A stretch of DNA of 64,000 bases from the NCBI RefSeq assembly GCF_009914755.1, contig NC_060929.1; one strand, given 5' to 3'. Position 1 is the first letter of the stretch, and the number at the start of each line of letters is the position of its first letter. The notes beneath the pieces were generated by a model. That model ran no database searches. It was given only the letters and a program-made list of their open reading frames with translations, and was not told the DNA's origin. This DNA is from the human T2T-CHM13v2.0 reference genome, Homo sapiens. Made by a program: the position numbers and the translations under genes. Of the stretch, positions 46,641 to 59,700 are shown one piece after another.

Positions 46641-46840
46641 ATAATTGTTATTCATAAATAATTTTTTACGTTTGTGAGAGATACTTTCATATGCTCTAAG
46701 CAACACACTTTGAAATGCCATTTTAGCATTAGGTGTCTCTTATATTACCTAATGCTAAAATGGCATTTCAAAGTGTGTTGCTTAGAGCATATGAAAGTAT
46801 CTCTCACAAACGTAAAAAATTATTTATGAATAACAATTAT
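46641..46840. repeat. Perfect inverted repeat: 94-bp arms (46641-46734 and 46747-46840) with a 12-nt spacer GTCTCTTATATT
   Basis: Checked block by block; the arms are exact reverse complements. Confidence 0.98.
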
Positions 46841-48849
46841 GAACTTGTACAAAAACTCTTCCCCTGATTTTAAGAGAAAGTATGAACATTTACTTGCTTC
46901 CTTGTTAGGAACCTAAGTAGTTGTATTATGTATTGCTTGGCTTGGAATGCTCTGTGTGTGTATATATAATATAATGACATATATTATATACATTTATACA
47001 TAGTTTGGTCCTCTCATATAGCCTGCTTCTCTTTCAAACCTTTTCATGTAGGTGTTTATACTCTGCTAGAATGTTTGTCTTCTTAAGCATATTTGTCAAT
47101 CCCAAGAAATGTTACTTGTTTTTAATATCCTCAAGCTACCCTGAGACTCAGACATAAGTTAGAACCCAAATGTTTCAGCTGGGGGATTTTGTGTATTAAA
47201 AAATAACATTGGAATATAACATGTATCTTGATGGCAGTTGGTCAACTTTTCTGGCAGAATATTTTGATATAGCATGAAGTGGTTCACAAATTAAGAAGAC
47301 CCCTGTTGGGTGGACTAATTAAAGTTGATTGACTTTGTCTAGCCTGCTGTGGACCTAACACACAGATAGTCTTCTAGATATTGGGAGAGCCTCAGTTTTT
47401 CACTTTTAATAGTAGCATAATGCTACTATTAAGTTTTTCAACTCTTTATGGAGACAAATGAAACAATAAGTTGAAGACGGCTTTAGAGGACTTCTTGGAG
47501 AAAGGCCTTAGCCACAGTTTTATTATCATGCATTACAAATATTAGAAGTGTGCTTTTTGTCTATGGAGGTAGTGGCTGGAGTTGGTACCTATGCTGATGT
47601 CGTTGATGGGATGACACGTGTGGAGAAGCATGTTGGAAGTTGACTGTCTCTGGCACAGGCTGCTAGGGAATGAAAACTAAACACTCTTCTGACCATTTGC
47701 ATCATTGAGTCAAGCAGAAAAAAAAATCAGTTAAGTAACTCCCTGGAGTGACTTATTTCTATTTCCATGGGCATATTGCCTTTGCTTATTGTCATTTGCT
47801 TTTAGCTATTTTTGCAAAGGTGCTGAAAGGCTGTCTCTGAAGTCAGACAGTAACATTCAAAATTATAGACATTATCTATGTATTTTCCTATCCAATCTCT
47901 TACTTTAATGTCCGAAAACACAAGAGTGTGGGAAAGAGAGAAACCTCTATAACTCAATCATGCTACAGCAATTTTCATGGCCCCCAAAGTTACTTCAGTG
48001 AAATATTTCAATTCAATTGAGTCATGAGTTTGAATGTTAAATTTCCCCAGCTTTCATTAGTCTTTTAAAAATCTCTGGGTTTAGAGGCCTTGCAGTCAGG
48101 CAGCCTTGACTGTGAATCCTTTCTCTGCCACTTTCTAGCTTCTGGTTCTTGGTGGAGTAGTAGTGCTTGGGAATTGCTTTATCTGCAGAATGGGAATCAT
48201 GATACTTAGATAATATGCTGGTTTTTGGTTCTAGACAGGTGTCTGACACATGGTATGCACTGTAATTGTGTTTATTGTCTTTCATGTAATTCCCAAAATG
48301 TCTTGAAGTTTTTATTTTCACAATCAATAAGCTTGAGAGGGTGTGTGAAGTGTGTGTGTTTCAGAGGAGTTGACATATGGATAAGTGTGAGAATACTCCC
48401 ATCCAGGCCCTGGGGTCAAAAGCAGAGTCTGGGAGAATTTTAACAATAGTTTGTGTTGCTGGCAGAGGAAGGACAGAAGAGGGCCTTTGTGCAAGGGAGG
48501 CCCAGCGGCATGGACACTTCTCTGCTTTCCGAAACAAGTTGTTGCTTTTCACTTCAGAGGTCTGGGGACATTTCTGAGAAGCTTGCAGCCCTCATTCTTC
48601 CAGCTCTCTTGGGAGGAGTAGAGGAGTAGCTGCTGACTGAGGCAAAGGTTTGGCTGGCTAGAGCCCCCTCCAGTGAGACAGGAGGCTTACATAGTCAGCC
48701 CTCCTTTGCTGTGAAGCAAATGGCAAATCGAGGGCTCCCTTACCATGCTGGGTTGCGATTAGCTGTTCCTGACACAAACGTTTCATACAGACTCACAAGT
48801 TTCTTGGGCATTTCGGTCATTTCAGCGCAGATAGGGCACATCCAGGGTG

Positions 48850-50780
48850 ATCCAACAGGCCTGGCTGCGGCCAAGGCTGGCGGCGGCAGGTACCCGGGTG
48901 CCCCGAGGGCCACCCGCCGCCCCGCTCTGGCGCATCCATCAGTGGCCAGCTTTCACCGTGTCTGCCAGGCGGGACTCGCCAGGTGTCAGGCTCAGTGCCA
49001 TAAGCCTGACACTTGCGCGGGGTCGCCGTGGCTCCTCAGGGAAGCTGGGCCAAGGAGGCTGGGTCGCGCCGGCGGGCGCCGAGGCCACCTTCTCGGGGCA
49101 GGCCATCCGCGCTGAGGCGCAGACACGGCGGCTCCTCCAGGCCCATTAATAACCCGGAGGGCGCTGCGATCCGACAGCGCAGTCGCCACAGGCTCTATTT
49201 CCCGTGGCCGCCTGCCTCCTTCCAGCCCAGTTCGAGTGGAGGGATACTGGGCGCCCACTACCGCCCGGCCCGGAGGGTGGGGGTCCCTCTCGCGCAGGCT
49301 GCTTTGGAGAGTGTCGGAGAGAGACAGCTTTATCTACAGCTTCACCCATTGTATAGCACAACAGAATCGCATTTAGCCTGGAGAACAGCCGTCGGGGCAG
49401 GAGTTGGTGCCTTCTCTAACAATTAGGCTGATCGTTAAATTTGCTATTCCTTTCTTCCGGCGTCTAGGGAGAGCGTGCACACCAAACCCTCCAGAACAGC
49501 ACCCCGGTCCCCCACCCCGCCCCACCTGTCCCCGCCCTGCTTCAGTGCCTGGAGGGAGAACTGACTGGTCGCTTGAGGGACCCCATTTCGGGCGCGCCCT
49601 TGGAGTCCTGGGGCTGCGGCTCCTGCTCTACCGGGCTGCAGGCTTGCTCTGCCCTGTCCCGTGGCGTTTGGGAGGCAGTCGAGGAAGCCTCCGAGTCTCT
49701 GGGTCGAAGGAAGTGCGAATGGCACCCGCGATAGACTGGCCATCTCCCCCACCCCGCCCCGTCTGGTGATTTTAAATCGTCTCCTGTGTAATTGTAAAAA
49801 GAGGAAAGCTGAATACCCAGACGACCAGTATAGAATCTCTTCGAGACAGCAGATTGGGCAAGAGACGGGCTTTTTTTCGCAATACAAGGATAAACACATC
49901 CTGAAACTCCAGATAGAAACCTCAGGAATGGGCGAGAGGGTCAGAAGGAACGAGAGACAGTAGGGAAGAGAGAGAGAGAGACAGAGACAGAGGGAGAGAT
50001 GCAGAGAGACTGAAACGGGAGGAAGAAGCCTGGAACTGTCGGTTCCGTGGAGAGCGGACATGCTATCTGCGCCCAGATCCGAAGGCTTTTTGGGGAGCCT
50101 AGAGTCCTGGCCCGGTACCAGGCAGATCTGGGTGCGGCGAATTCCAAGGGAGCGGCGCGGGTTCTCTTCTCCTCCTCCTCTGAGTTGCTTCGGTGCCCCC
50201 AAGGCATCACCTTCCTCGAAGGTGGCTTACCCAGGCGGGCGGTGATGCTGTTGTCTCGGGAGTTTACTCAAAGATGGGCCGGTCGGGGCGGCCGGATTAA
50301 CCCGCTCCCTTCCCTTCCTCCTTCTTGTCTCCCGCAGGTTGCGACATGTGCGCGGACAACCGCAACGGCGAGTGCCCTATGCATGGGCCACTGCACTCGC
50401 TGCGCCGGCTTGTGGGCACCAGCAGCGCTGCGGCCGCCGCGCCCCCGCCGGAGCTGCCGGAGTGGCTGCGGGACCTGCCTCGCGAGGTGTGCCTCTGCAC
50501 CAGTACTGTGCCCGGCCTGGCCTACGGCATCTGCGCGGCGCAGAGGATCCAGCAAGGCACCTGGATTGGACCTTTCCAAGGCGTGCTTCTGCCCCCAGAG
50601 AAGGTGCAGGCAGGCGCCGTGAGGAACACGCAGCATCTCTGGGAGGTAAGTGGCCGGCTGCACAGCGCCTCCCCACCGAGCAGGAGCCTTGGCCAGCAGG
50701 GAGCCTTGGCCGGCAGGGAGCCTGGCCTTTGGCTGTGGCAACTGCGAAGAGAGCCTCCCTTGGCCCCCAGAGGGTAGCGG
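48850..50780. promoter_or_regulatory. Intragenic CpG island spanning the end of intron 2 and exon 3
   Basis: High CpG density beginning about 1.5 kb upstream of exon 3. Confidence 0.82.
50338..50645 (+). CDS. PRDM6: PRDM6 coding exon 3 (308 nt): PR zinc knuckle C-x2-C-x7-C-x2-H ([15 protein letters not shown]) and N-terminal part of the PR/SET domain (LPREVCLC...[19 protein letters not shown]...HLWE)
   Basis: Polypyrimidine tract plus cccgcAG at 50336-37. It joins exon 2 in frame (C|GT = Arg) and ends at phase-0 donor GAG|GTAAGT at 50645/50646. The WIGPFQG motif is typical of PR domains. Confidence 0.96.
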
Positions 50781-53700
50781 AGAATAGATTTCTCTGGTCC
50801 TGTAGATGCCTGGTGTCTGAAGCACCTGCAGTAAGGAGGCTGACAGAGCTGGGACTGACACAATAGCAACCCAGCCAGGGAAACAGCCTACAGGTGTCTG
50901 AAGACAGAGTCACCTTAAGCTGCCTCCATTCCAGCTGGAATGGATTTGACCGTTGGTCTCTGTGAATTTTGAGAAAAAGAGAAAACAGCTGAGGAGATGG
51001 AGCAGCGGAGGGTGGGCATTAGAATGTTTGAGCTGGGTGACCTTTATGTCCCATTCCAAGCACTTCCAGTGTGTTTCTGTGTAGTGAGCAGAAAGGAACA
51101 GAAGCATAGAGGGGAGGAAGGAGAGGCTGGCCCCTTTTCTCAGATAAAAACAATTTTGTCAAAGTTGAACGTGAGAGATCACATGTTTCACAACTTTCAA
51201 AGGGCCCAAAGTAAGCAAATTATATTGGGAATCAAAGGGCCCAAATTAAGCAAATTATATTGGGAATCAGAAATCGCAAATTCTGCTGCTTCTCTGATGA
51301 ACGGAAATTATGTAATCTTCATCAATATGGAAAATCAAAACATGGGAACAGTGTGAGCACTTTGGTGTAACCCAATTGAGGGTAATACTTTAATGGCACA
51401 ATCTTACCTGAAGCAATTATTTAAAAATAACCTATTTGAAAAATGTCAGCCTGAGGTTTCTCCCAAAACATCATGGTGGATTATTGAGGTTCACTTCTGA
51501 AGAGATAGATGCCTATCATTAGGTCATCCCCCTACCAATCTTAGCCACCTCCATCCATGGAAAGTTGCTTATGTAATACAAGATGACAGAAGTCATACCC
51601 TTAAACAATATGTAAATCTGACTAACTGGGCAAGTGGTATAATAAAGTAGGAATAGCTAGAAAATAAAGTTTCTTAAATGCCAGGGGTCAGGTTGACATG
51701 AACCCCTGGGCTCCATTAATGCATCGTTTCTGCAAGAGATTGCCTCTCATACTTGGCTTGCTGGCCTGTCAAAATGATCTTTTTCACTGTGAGCTGCCTT
51801 ATATTCACTAAATAAAGCTCATGGGACTCATTAATCCACTCAAATTTTTGATGAGTGCCCACTCTGGCCAGCACTATATTAGGCCATGGAGATACAGTAT
51901 GAAAAACAGACCTGGTATCCGGAACCCTCCTGTGACTGTTGGGGATGGGGTCCTGAGGCCTGTGTCTGCAAAGCCTCTTTTGATGGAGGAGGAGCTGAGT
52001 GTATGAGTCTACAGCCCAGCAGCCCAAAATGAGGACGTGGAAGCCAATGAACTACCTACCCTATAGTTATCTGCTGGAGTGCCCCGGCTCAAAGCATCTG
52101 GTTTGGAAACATTTTGGTTTTTGTTTCTGACTAATTAATTGTAACCTCCAATGTGGTTTAAAGTTTATAAAACACTTTTAGGTACTTCTCATGTTCCAGT
52201 AGTGTTATTAGGAACTCTAATATCATATAGTTAAAGGTCTGCCAATATTTTTCTAAGAAAATCGTACAGCAATTGTTCAATAGTACAAATTTACTCTACC
52301 TGAAAATGTTAAAACTGAACACTATTATATTGCCCTTTGATGCCTATCTATTTTTAGAGTGCCAGGGGACAAAGACATAAACATGAACAAAAATCTCATA
52401 GTTCATTGTGGGTTTTTTCCCCCCCAGAAGGCTTTGAATGATTGGGATGTTGGCAGGAGGCCACTACACATATAGACTATAACAATGCATATTAACACTG
52501 AAAACTATGAAACCTTTCTTTTCTACCTTTACTTGTACTTGATGAAGTTAAAATTTTGTTGTAGTAAAGAGACTGGGGAATTTAGTCAGTGTTTTTCTTT
52601 TTCTTGATACTTCAGTAGATATAAAGTGAATTTTATCTATTGTTCAGGGCATGTGAGTTGAGTGTGCTGGGATGGTTCTTAGAGTTGGTTCTCTGTTAGA
52701 AAAAAGACTTGCTGGGTGTATGCTTGGATGATCTACAGGATCCAACTCCTAAATTCAGGACATAATCTATTTTTTTTAATTATCTGTAACAACAGTTAGA
52801 ATAAGGTACATTTGGGAATTGAAGGGATTTTAAAACTTTAGCCATACAAAATGTGTCAGTCTCCTGGGAGATCACGTGAAATGCGACTAACTGGGGCCAG
52901 GTAACTTAGTGCCAATATCCATTTGTAAAATAAAATACTTACTTTATAAAATAGGTTTCAGATTTTTATTAGCATAATGATTTTTAAGATATAGAATATG
53001 AGTTTAAAATTTTTAAGCATTATGATTTATTTTTATGAAACATGACCGTTTGAATTGTTACATTTATAATACAATATTCCAAATGTTAGATTGTTCCTTA
53101 AATTTTAGTTCTTTCTTTCAAAGCTAAATTTTCTTCTGAAATTTAAAAAAATCATCATATTATTCACATTAGAATCAGTAAGTAGAATACATTGTAGGTC
53201 TATCGGAAATGTTTGGCAATAATTGTTTAATGACTCATGTAATAATTATCCATTTCAAAAACTTATTCTTTTAGATGTCTTCCAGAATAGCAAGTCAACA
53301 AAATGTATTAAAAAAATTAAAAGCAGTTGAATCATGATTATTTTATTTTAAAAGGCAACTGTAATCATTTCTCTTCCTCACATTTTTTCAAGTCATTTGC
53401 TGATGAAGAAATGTCTTTTTATTTCAAGTTCAATACTCAGGTCCTGATGGATCTTACCAGGGTTACTTATCTTTATTTCAGTACAATAAATGGATTGCTA
53501 ATCTTTTCCTGTCACTATTTCCAAGTAGATGATGGATTTTTGTTTCAGTTTACACTTCATTGTTTTTAGTATGGTTGTACTTTATTATACACATGAAGGC
53601 TTATTACAGAAACAATCAGATTCACCTTAGTTACTCCTTTTATTTAATCATTAGAAGCTCTATTTTCTTTGTAGAAAAATGACTTTTTGTTATTTAACAT

Positions 53701-56700
53701 ACATCAGCCATGGAGAGCTTGTTTGGTTTGTAAGCATGCAATCATTGTTTTAGTTAATATTTTCTTTGTGTATAATCATAGTTCTTCAAAATACAGCAAT
53801 TTAAAGGAAGTTAAATATCATTTCATTATATTCAGTACATTTTGACTCTTCTGGGTATTTATGGGAAATTCCAAGAGAGTTGTTTTTTCTCTTTTTGCAA
53901 TAAGCCAAGGTAATTTTTTATTTTTTATAGTTTAAGAAGATTACAAGCTAAAAGCCAAATAATTAGTCATTTATTTTTGCTAGTTTCTTTTAGAATCAGA
54001 ATTTTAATGTGTTTTTTAAACAATAATAAATTCAGATACTTTAAAACAAAACATTACAAGGTGCATCAGACAATGACTTGCCTTGGTTATATATATTTAT
54101 TCCAAGACTTGGATGCATGATACATTTCTAGCTATTTGGACATCATATGAAATAAAATCTTTCTCAATGTTTTCCAAAGAAAACAATCTTTCTCAGCAAT
54201 TAGGTCTTATTGATGAGAATGAGATAATTTTATCCTAATGTGTTTTCCAATAAAGAAGTGAAAAGGCACATTTGATTCCAACATTTATGAAAACATTATC
54301 TCAATTATTAATGTGCCCCCTTTCTCTTGAGATAAATTAATCTAGTTGCACACGGTTTCCTCTTTCTGCTTAACATCAGAATTTAATATGACTGGACCTG
54401 AGGAATGTACCCAGTGTATACTTAAAATTCTACTGGAATAAAATACGGAAGTTTAAAATAAGGTTACAGTTTAAGATAGGCTAGAATTACTCAGGCCTTT
54501 CAACTCAGTGCCTGACTTGACAAGAAATTTTAGCAAGAATGACAAAATAAATTGCACTTATTTTCACCCTAGAAAAATTATCCTGCTAATTGAAATAATG
54601 TAGTGACTTGTTAGTAATACAGTTAAGATACTAGAAAGGGCTTTAATTTTACAGAACCTGTCTTCTCTTTGCCTGAGTAAATTTGAGTGTCTCGTTTTCA
54701 TTTGCACTATGTGGAAACCTTCATTATTTTTCTTCAGAAAATCAAGGGGGATAACATAATGTGAGCCTTTTTGTGATTTGGTTTTGTGCCATAATATTTT
54801 AGATTTAATAAGAGTTTTGCTGTTAAGCAAATGGTCTATTTTTCATCATTACTGCTTAGCTTAAGTCAAAATATATTAATGAAAACCAATATTAAAAATA
54901 TATTACACATTGCTAAATGTTTATATTTCAAAACCATCATAGGTAATTGGTTCTAGAAGAAAATGAATTGATTTCATATTTTAAATATATTATGTATGTT
55001 TCTATAAATGACTCAATTTCATATATACAGTACTATACCCACTTATATGTATTTAGATGTTGAAAAAATTATTTTAAATTAATCATTTTCAATTAAATTA
55101 GAATCACTTAAAAGTTGTCGCAGTGATAGTACTGTAATTATATATTCCATATTCTGCTTTATAGACTTTGGCTCATTTTGGCGTGATTCACCAAGACACT
55201 AGGGGATAGAATTATGTAGCTGTCGCAGTTATATTGAAGTAAAAATCATGTTTTTCAGCAATTTATCATTTAATATAATAGTCTGCCTGTCAGTTTGGTT
55301 TTGAATATGTCAAATTTGTGAAATTCAAATAATTTCTCCTTAAAAATAAACCATAGTAATGCTACTATTATGTTTTAAATTATGCAGAGTAACAGCTGGT
55401 GTATCTCTCTGGCTTTGCCTCATTTGATTTGAAGATGTCTTTTATAGTGGTGCCTATTTGATAGAGTGTGAGCATTTTGTAGTTTTACATAAACTGTAAA
55501 ACCATCTGCCACCTCTTGGAATGGTTTCCAGCATTGTGTTAAAAGTCAAAACTTAGTACTTTAAGTTGCTTTGAAAATGTCCATTTAAAGTTCTGGTCCT
55601 TTTGGTTTATGTATCATGCTGCACAGTGCCACCCTTGGTTTTCTAAGTCCGAGAATAATTCTGCTTTAAAAAAAATTATAACAGCCATTTGGACATTCTC
55701 ACATCAGTGAGGTTTAATCCCAACATGCATGTGACACTACAGTGCTTTAGCTGCAAACACTTTATAAAGACTGATGAGTTCTGTATCCACCGGATTATTT
55801 TTCTCATTAGTTCAGTTTATCTATTTTTACAAATTGCTTCTTTTATCAATAGCATTTTCTCAATATGAAGAAAATAATTCACAAATATTTACTGGTCCAT
55901 AACTGCATATTTTCTTACACCATGTAATTTTTTTTTCTTTTCCCACACTGACTTAAAAGTAAGGTATAAAAAGAGAAATCAGTATCTCAGAGGTTAGTGG
56001 GTAAATGAAACCTGCCCTCCCCAGTCACTGCCTGGCAGCAAGTGATCTGATGGAAATGTCATACCATAACACTGGTCCCAAGAAGCCTGCAGGGGAATCT
56101 TCTTATTTCACTGTGTAAATTAAAGCAGTTTTAATTTGAGAATATCTATTGTGTTACCCAGAAATCACTTACAGTTGTAGTATAATATGGATTAAAAATT
56201 GTTGTGATTGAATATGAAAAACTACACATTACTCAGCTGGGGAATATGCCTACAATATCAAAGTCCTCTTGTCTCAGAAGATGGATTTAATACACTGGTA
56301 GTATGGGAAAAACCATTTGCTATTCTAAAGAACCCTATATGTAGAACAACTATGAGCCTGCCTCCTTCGTTCTTTTTCTTTCATTCTTTTTTAGGATCGT
56401 ATATACCCCAAGATTTCATTAGTTCAGACATTCCTTGTATATTTACACAGGAAATACAGACTTCGGTATCAGTACTTAGCATAAAAGTCAGAGAAGCCAG
56501 AGCAGAATATACTTTTCCTTGTAAGCATTTGCCACCTCACTCAAATAAGTTACAGAATTCCATTATCCAAATTGTTACACATGTGTGACAGAGGTTGACC
56601 TTTCGTCATGTCAATCCTTTTTGTGTAGGCCCCAGGCTCCAGCCTAATGGCTCAAACCCTGATTTACTCACTGTAATAAGGGCAGGAGGTCGAGCAATTG

Positions 56701-59700
56701 TCAGGCTGCCTGTTCGTACTCTTCTTGGAGCCTGGTTGAAGGCTGTTAACACAAAGCTTTTCAAAGTGAATTTACAACCAGCACCACTGACAGAGGCCAA
56801 TCAGTGCACCATAAATGTCAGGTTAGTGAGATTGAGCAGTAAGTAAAGTACTGACAGCACACTATTGGCTGGAATCAATTGGCCAAGGTTTAACTGAGAA
56901 GAGCAATCTATGTGTGGCGGGCTTAGGGAAAGAGCATAGTGTGCAGCCTGGGTTTCCAGGTAGACTCCATAGATTTACTGGTTAGTGGGAGCATAAGGGT
57001 TGGGACATCACACACATTTGCTTCAGCGCATCCAGCATCATCCATGTTGATGTGATGCACAATCCGGGAGTTCAGTGTGGCCGGGCCTCCTGACTCTGAG
57101 GCTTGGTGGTAAAAAATGGCGCAGCATTAGACAAAAAAGAGAGAGAGAGGAAAACTGTTACAGTACGAGGCTGTCAGAACTGGGGGACACATCCAGTGCA
57201 TTACAGTTCAATGACAGGTAATTTGTTCAAATTCCAAAACTGTAACAGGGATTTCCACAAAGATACAGACACAAATAAGCTTGCTCTTTTGCTCTTCCAA
57301 AGGCTCAGCAGTGTGAAACTTTCATGGAAGTCACTAATGCGTGATTATGGGTTGAGGGTCTGAATATCCATGAGATGTGGTTTCCCCACCAGACGGAATG
57401 TTTTTATCATTTTGTGTAATGACAGCCTGGACAACAATTCATTTAGCTTTGAAGGCATCAGCATGAAAACAGAGGAATCCATTAAAATGCTGTATGCAAG
57501 GATTTATAAATTAGGCAATTTCCTTGATTATTGCAATCATTTACAAAATTGATCATTCCAGTGTGGTATAGACAGATTTCAGCAATGATCATTGACAACA
57601 AGCACATTCCCTGATATCTATAGCTGCTGGTCACTAAACCAGGTTACTCTTCCCCCCACCCTGCTGTTCTTGGTCTCAAGGTCAGGTGGACTTTTCAAGG
57701 AATCTTACAATTATGAAATTTCATTTGTCTTCAGAGGAGACCCACCTAGGCTGTGAGAGCAGGTGCAGATTGTTTTAAAGGTTACATCATTGTTTTTGGA
57801 GTTGAATTGTACTTTTGGGGGAGGGTTTTGATCATACGTATATGCTTCAAATCAGTAGCACAGATTTTGATATGATGCCAATTTAAAAGGAAATAATTTT
57901 TGCAAATTGCACCTGTAAATATTTGTTTGATTGCAGATCTAAAATTCAATAATGTATTTATTTTTGTTGGTATTTAGAATTCTAATTATCCAACAGATAT
58001 ATTGTGGAATCACTGGATTTTAGGTCAATTAATTTTAGAAGGCCTAATACATTGTTACAAGTGTGAAATGCTCAAAATGCTGCAGGTTTTCCTATATAAG
58101 AACATACACACATCAAGTTCACTTGGTGCTTTATCACTAGCCACAAACCACAGAGTTGCTTTTATTCCTGAAATATCAGAAATGGGCATGCCACATGAAT
58201 CTGCAGGGCTCTTTCCAATGAAAGCTAGCCATGTGGTTTATGCTTAGTACAAAGTAACTGACTTTGAGACATTTGTTTCTAATCATCCTTTTGTTTTCAG
58301 TCATCCTTTTCTCCCTTTAAAACTTTAACACAAACTGGGACTTGTAAAATAATAACACTTTAGAAAATTGTTTAACACAGTGTTGGGAATACAAACAATT
58401 TTTGTTCTGATTTTTGTCCTGTTTGTGAATACATAGTAATTTGATCTCAAGGTAGTTCTTTGTTTAAAAGGGGAAATGTTGTATTTCAGGAAGTCCAGTG
58501 GTTTGGTGGCACCTTGCCTTTATTTGCTAATGTTGCCTAAGTCAGAAGTTCATTTTCATTTTTAGTTAGTTGTAAAACTGACTACTTAGAAATTTAGTAA
58601 AAACGTAATATTTTCAGTCAGTGTCTTGATATTATCTCCTCATTTTTAATTAATTTTTTTTCACAGCATTTCTGGTTTCTGTTAAGACTTAAAAGCTGCG
58701 TGGTTAGCTCTGACTTGGGTGAACTGTGATGAGGCACTCAGTATAACACATGCTTTTCCCAGTGCCTCTGTACATTTATTTAGTAAACCAAAATCTATAG
58801 CATGCAATTGTGAAATAATGATATGGGATTTGGCCCATTTTATTAAAATGAGCAGTGTTTTTCACTCTCTGTGGTCATTTTAAATTAAAGCTGCCTCAGA
58901 TAATGAAGTGTCTTCTATAGAAACATCCAGTGTAATCTAATTCAGTAGAAACGTCTTAAGTGCTTTTTAATTGGAATCAAATTAAATGTAGTCAAGTCAT
59001 GTTTTCAATGTCTTGTAAAGCACCAAGAGCTAAATATTGTTAGCACACCTGGAAATATTAATGTTTATCACAAAAGAACAGCATTAAATTATGAGATATC
59101 CATGTATACTTCAAAATGGTAGATAGCTCCTAAACAAATTCAAGGTTAGAATACAATGCTTTTGGAACCTGTTGTGTTTGTCCCAAACTAATATTAAAAT
59201 TTATTTATGATATTAAAATACACAAATAGTTTCTGGGGGTAAGAGTCCTGAAAAATATTGGGCTACTAAGGAAAGCACTTAATTTCAATTTGTTGCAATT
59301 AATTGCAGAGTAAAATTTGACCCAGATAATCCACAAAGTGGAAAATCTCAAAATTAAGCTTAAAAAGCGGAAATTAATTTTTATATTACAAATAATGTGC
59401 TCATTGGAAAGTCGAACTATGTAAGGGTATAAAGCAGTGGTAACCATTGTTGATGGTTTTCATAATGGGTTTTTGAGACATGATTATATAATATATAGAT
59501 TTATTTCATTGAGTCACAGTTTTGGTAAAAGATATTTGCACTATCTCTTTGATACTGCAAAACATCTTGGAAATTGCAACCAATGGCACTGTTTTCACAG
59601 GGTTCCAGTAAATGTTTAAATTTGGCTCACCCATGAATAGATTTTCATTTTGTCTAGTCTTATCCTCTCCACTCTGTATTCTCCTGGTGGAAAATTTTAT

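Noticed and set aside
46641-46840. Canonical pre-miRNA or known MITE as the explanation for the palindrome
   Set aside because: The stem is far longer and more perfect than typical pre-miRNAs, and I do not recognise MADE1/MER-type terminal repeats. A Dfam/miRBase search is still needed.
50761-50778. CTCF-like motif tggcccccagagggtagc after exon 3
   Set aside because: Mismatch at a core position; it cannot be supported without ChIP data.
49444-50913. Minus-strand and alternative-frame ORFs (252, 197, 191, 178 aa) around exon 3
   Set aside because: Shadow ORFs of a CpG island and an (AG)n tract. Only the spliced PRDM6 frame has splice signals and a known domain.
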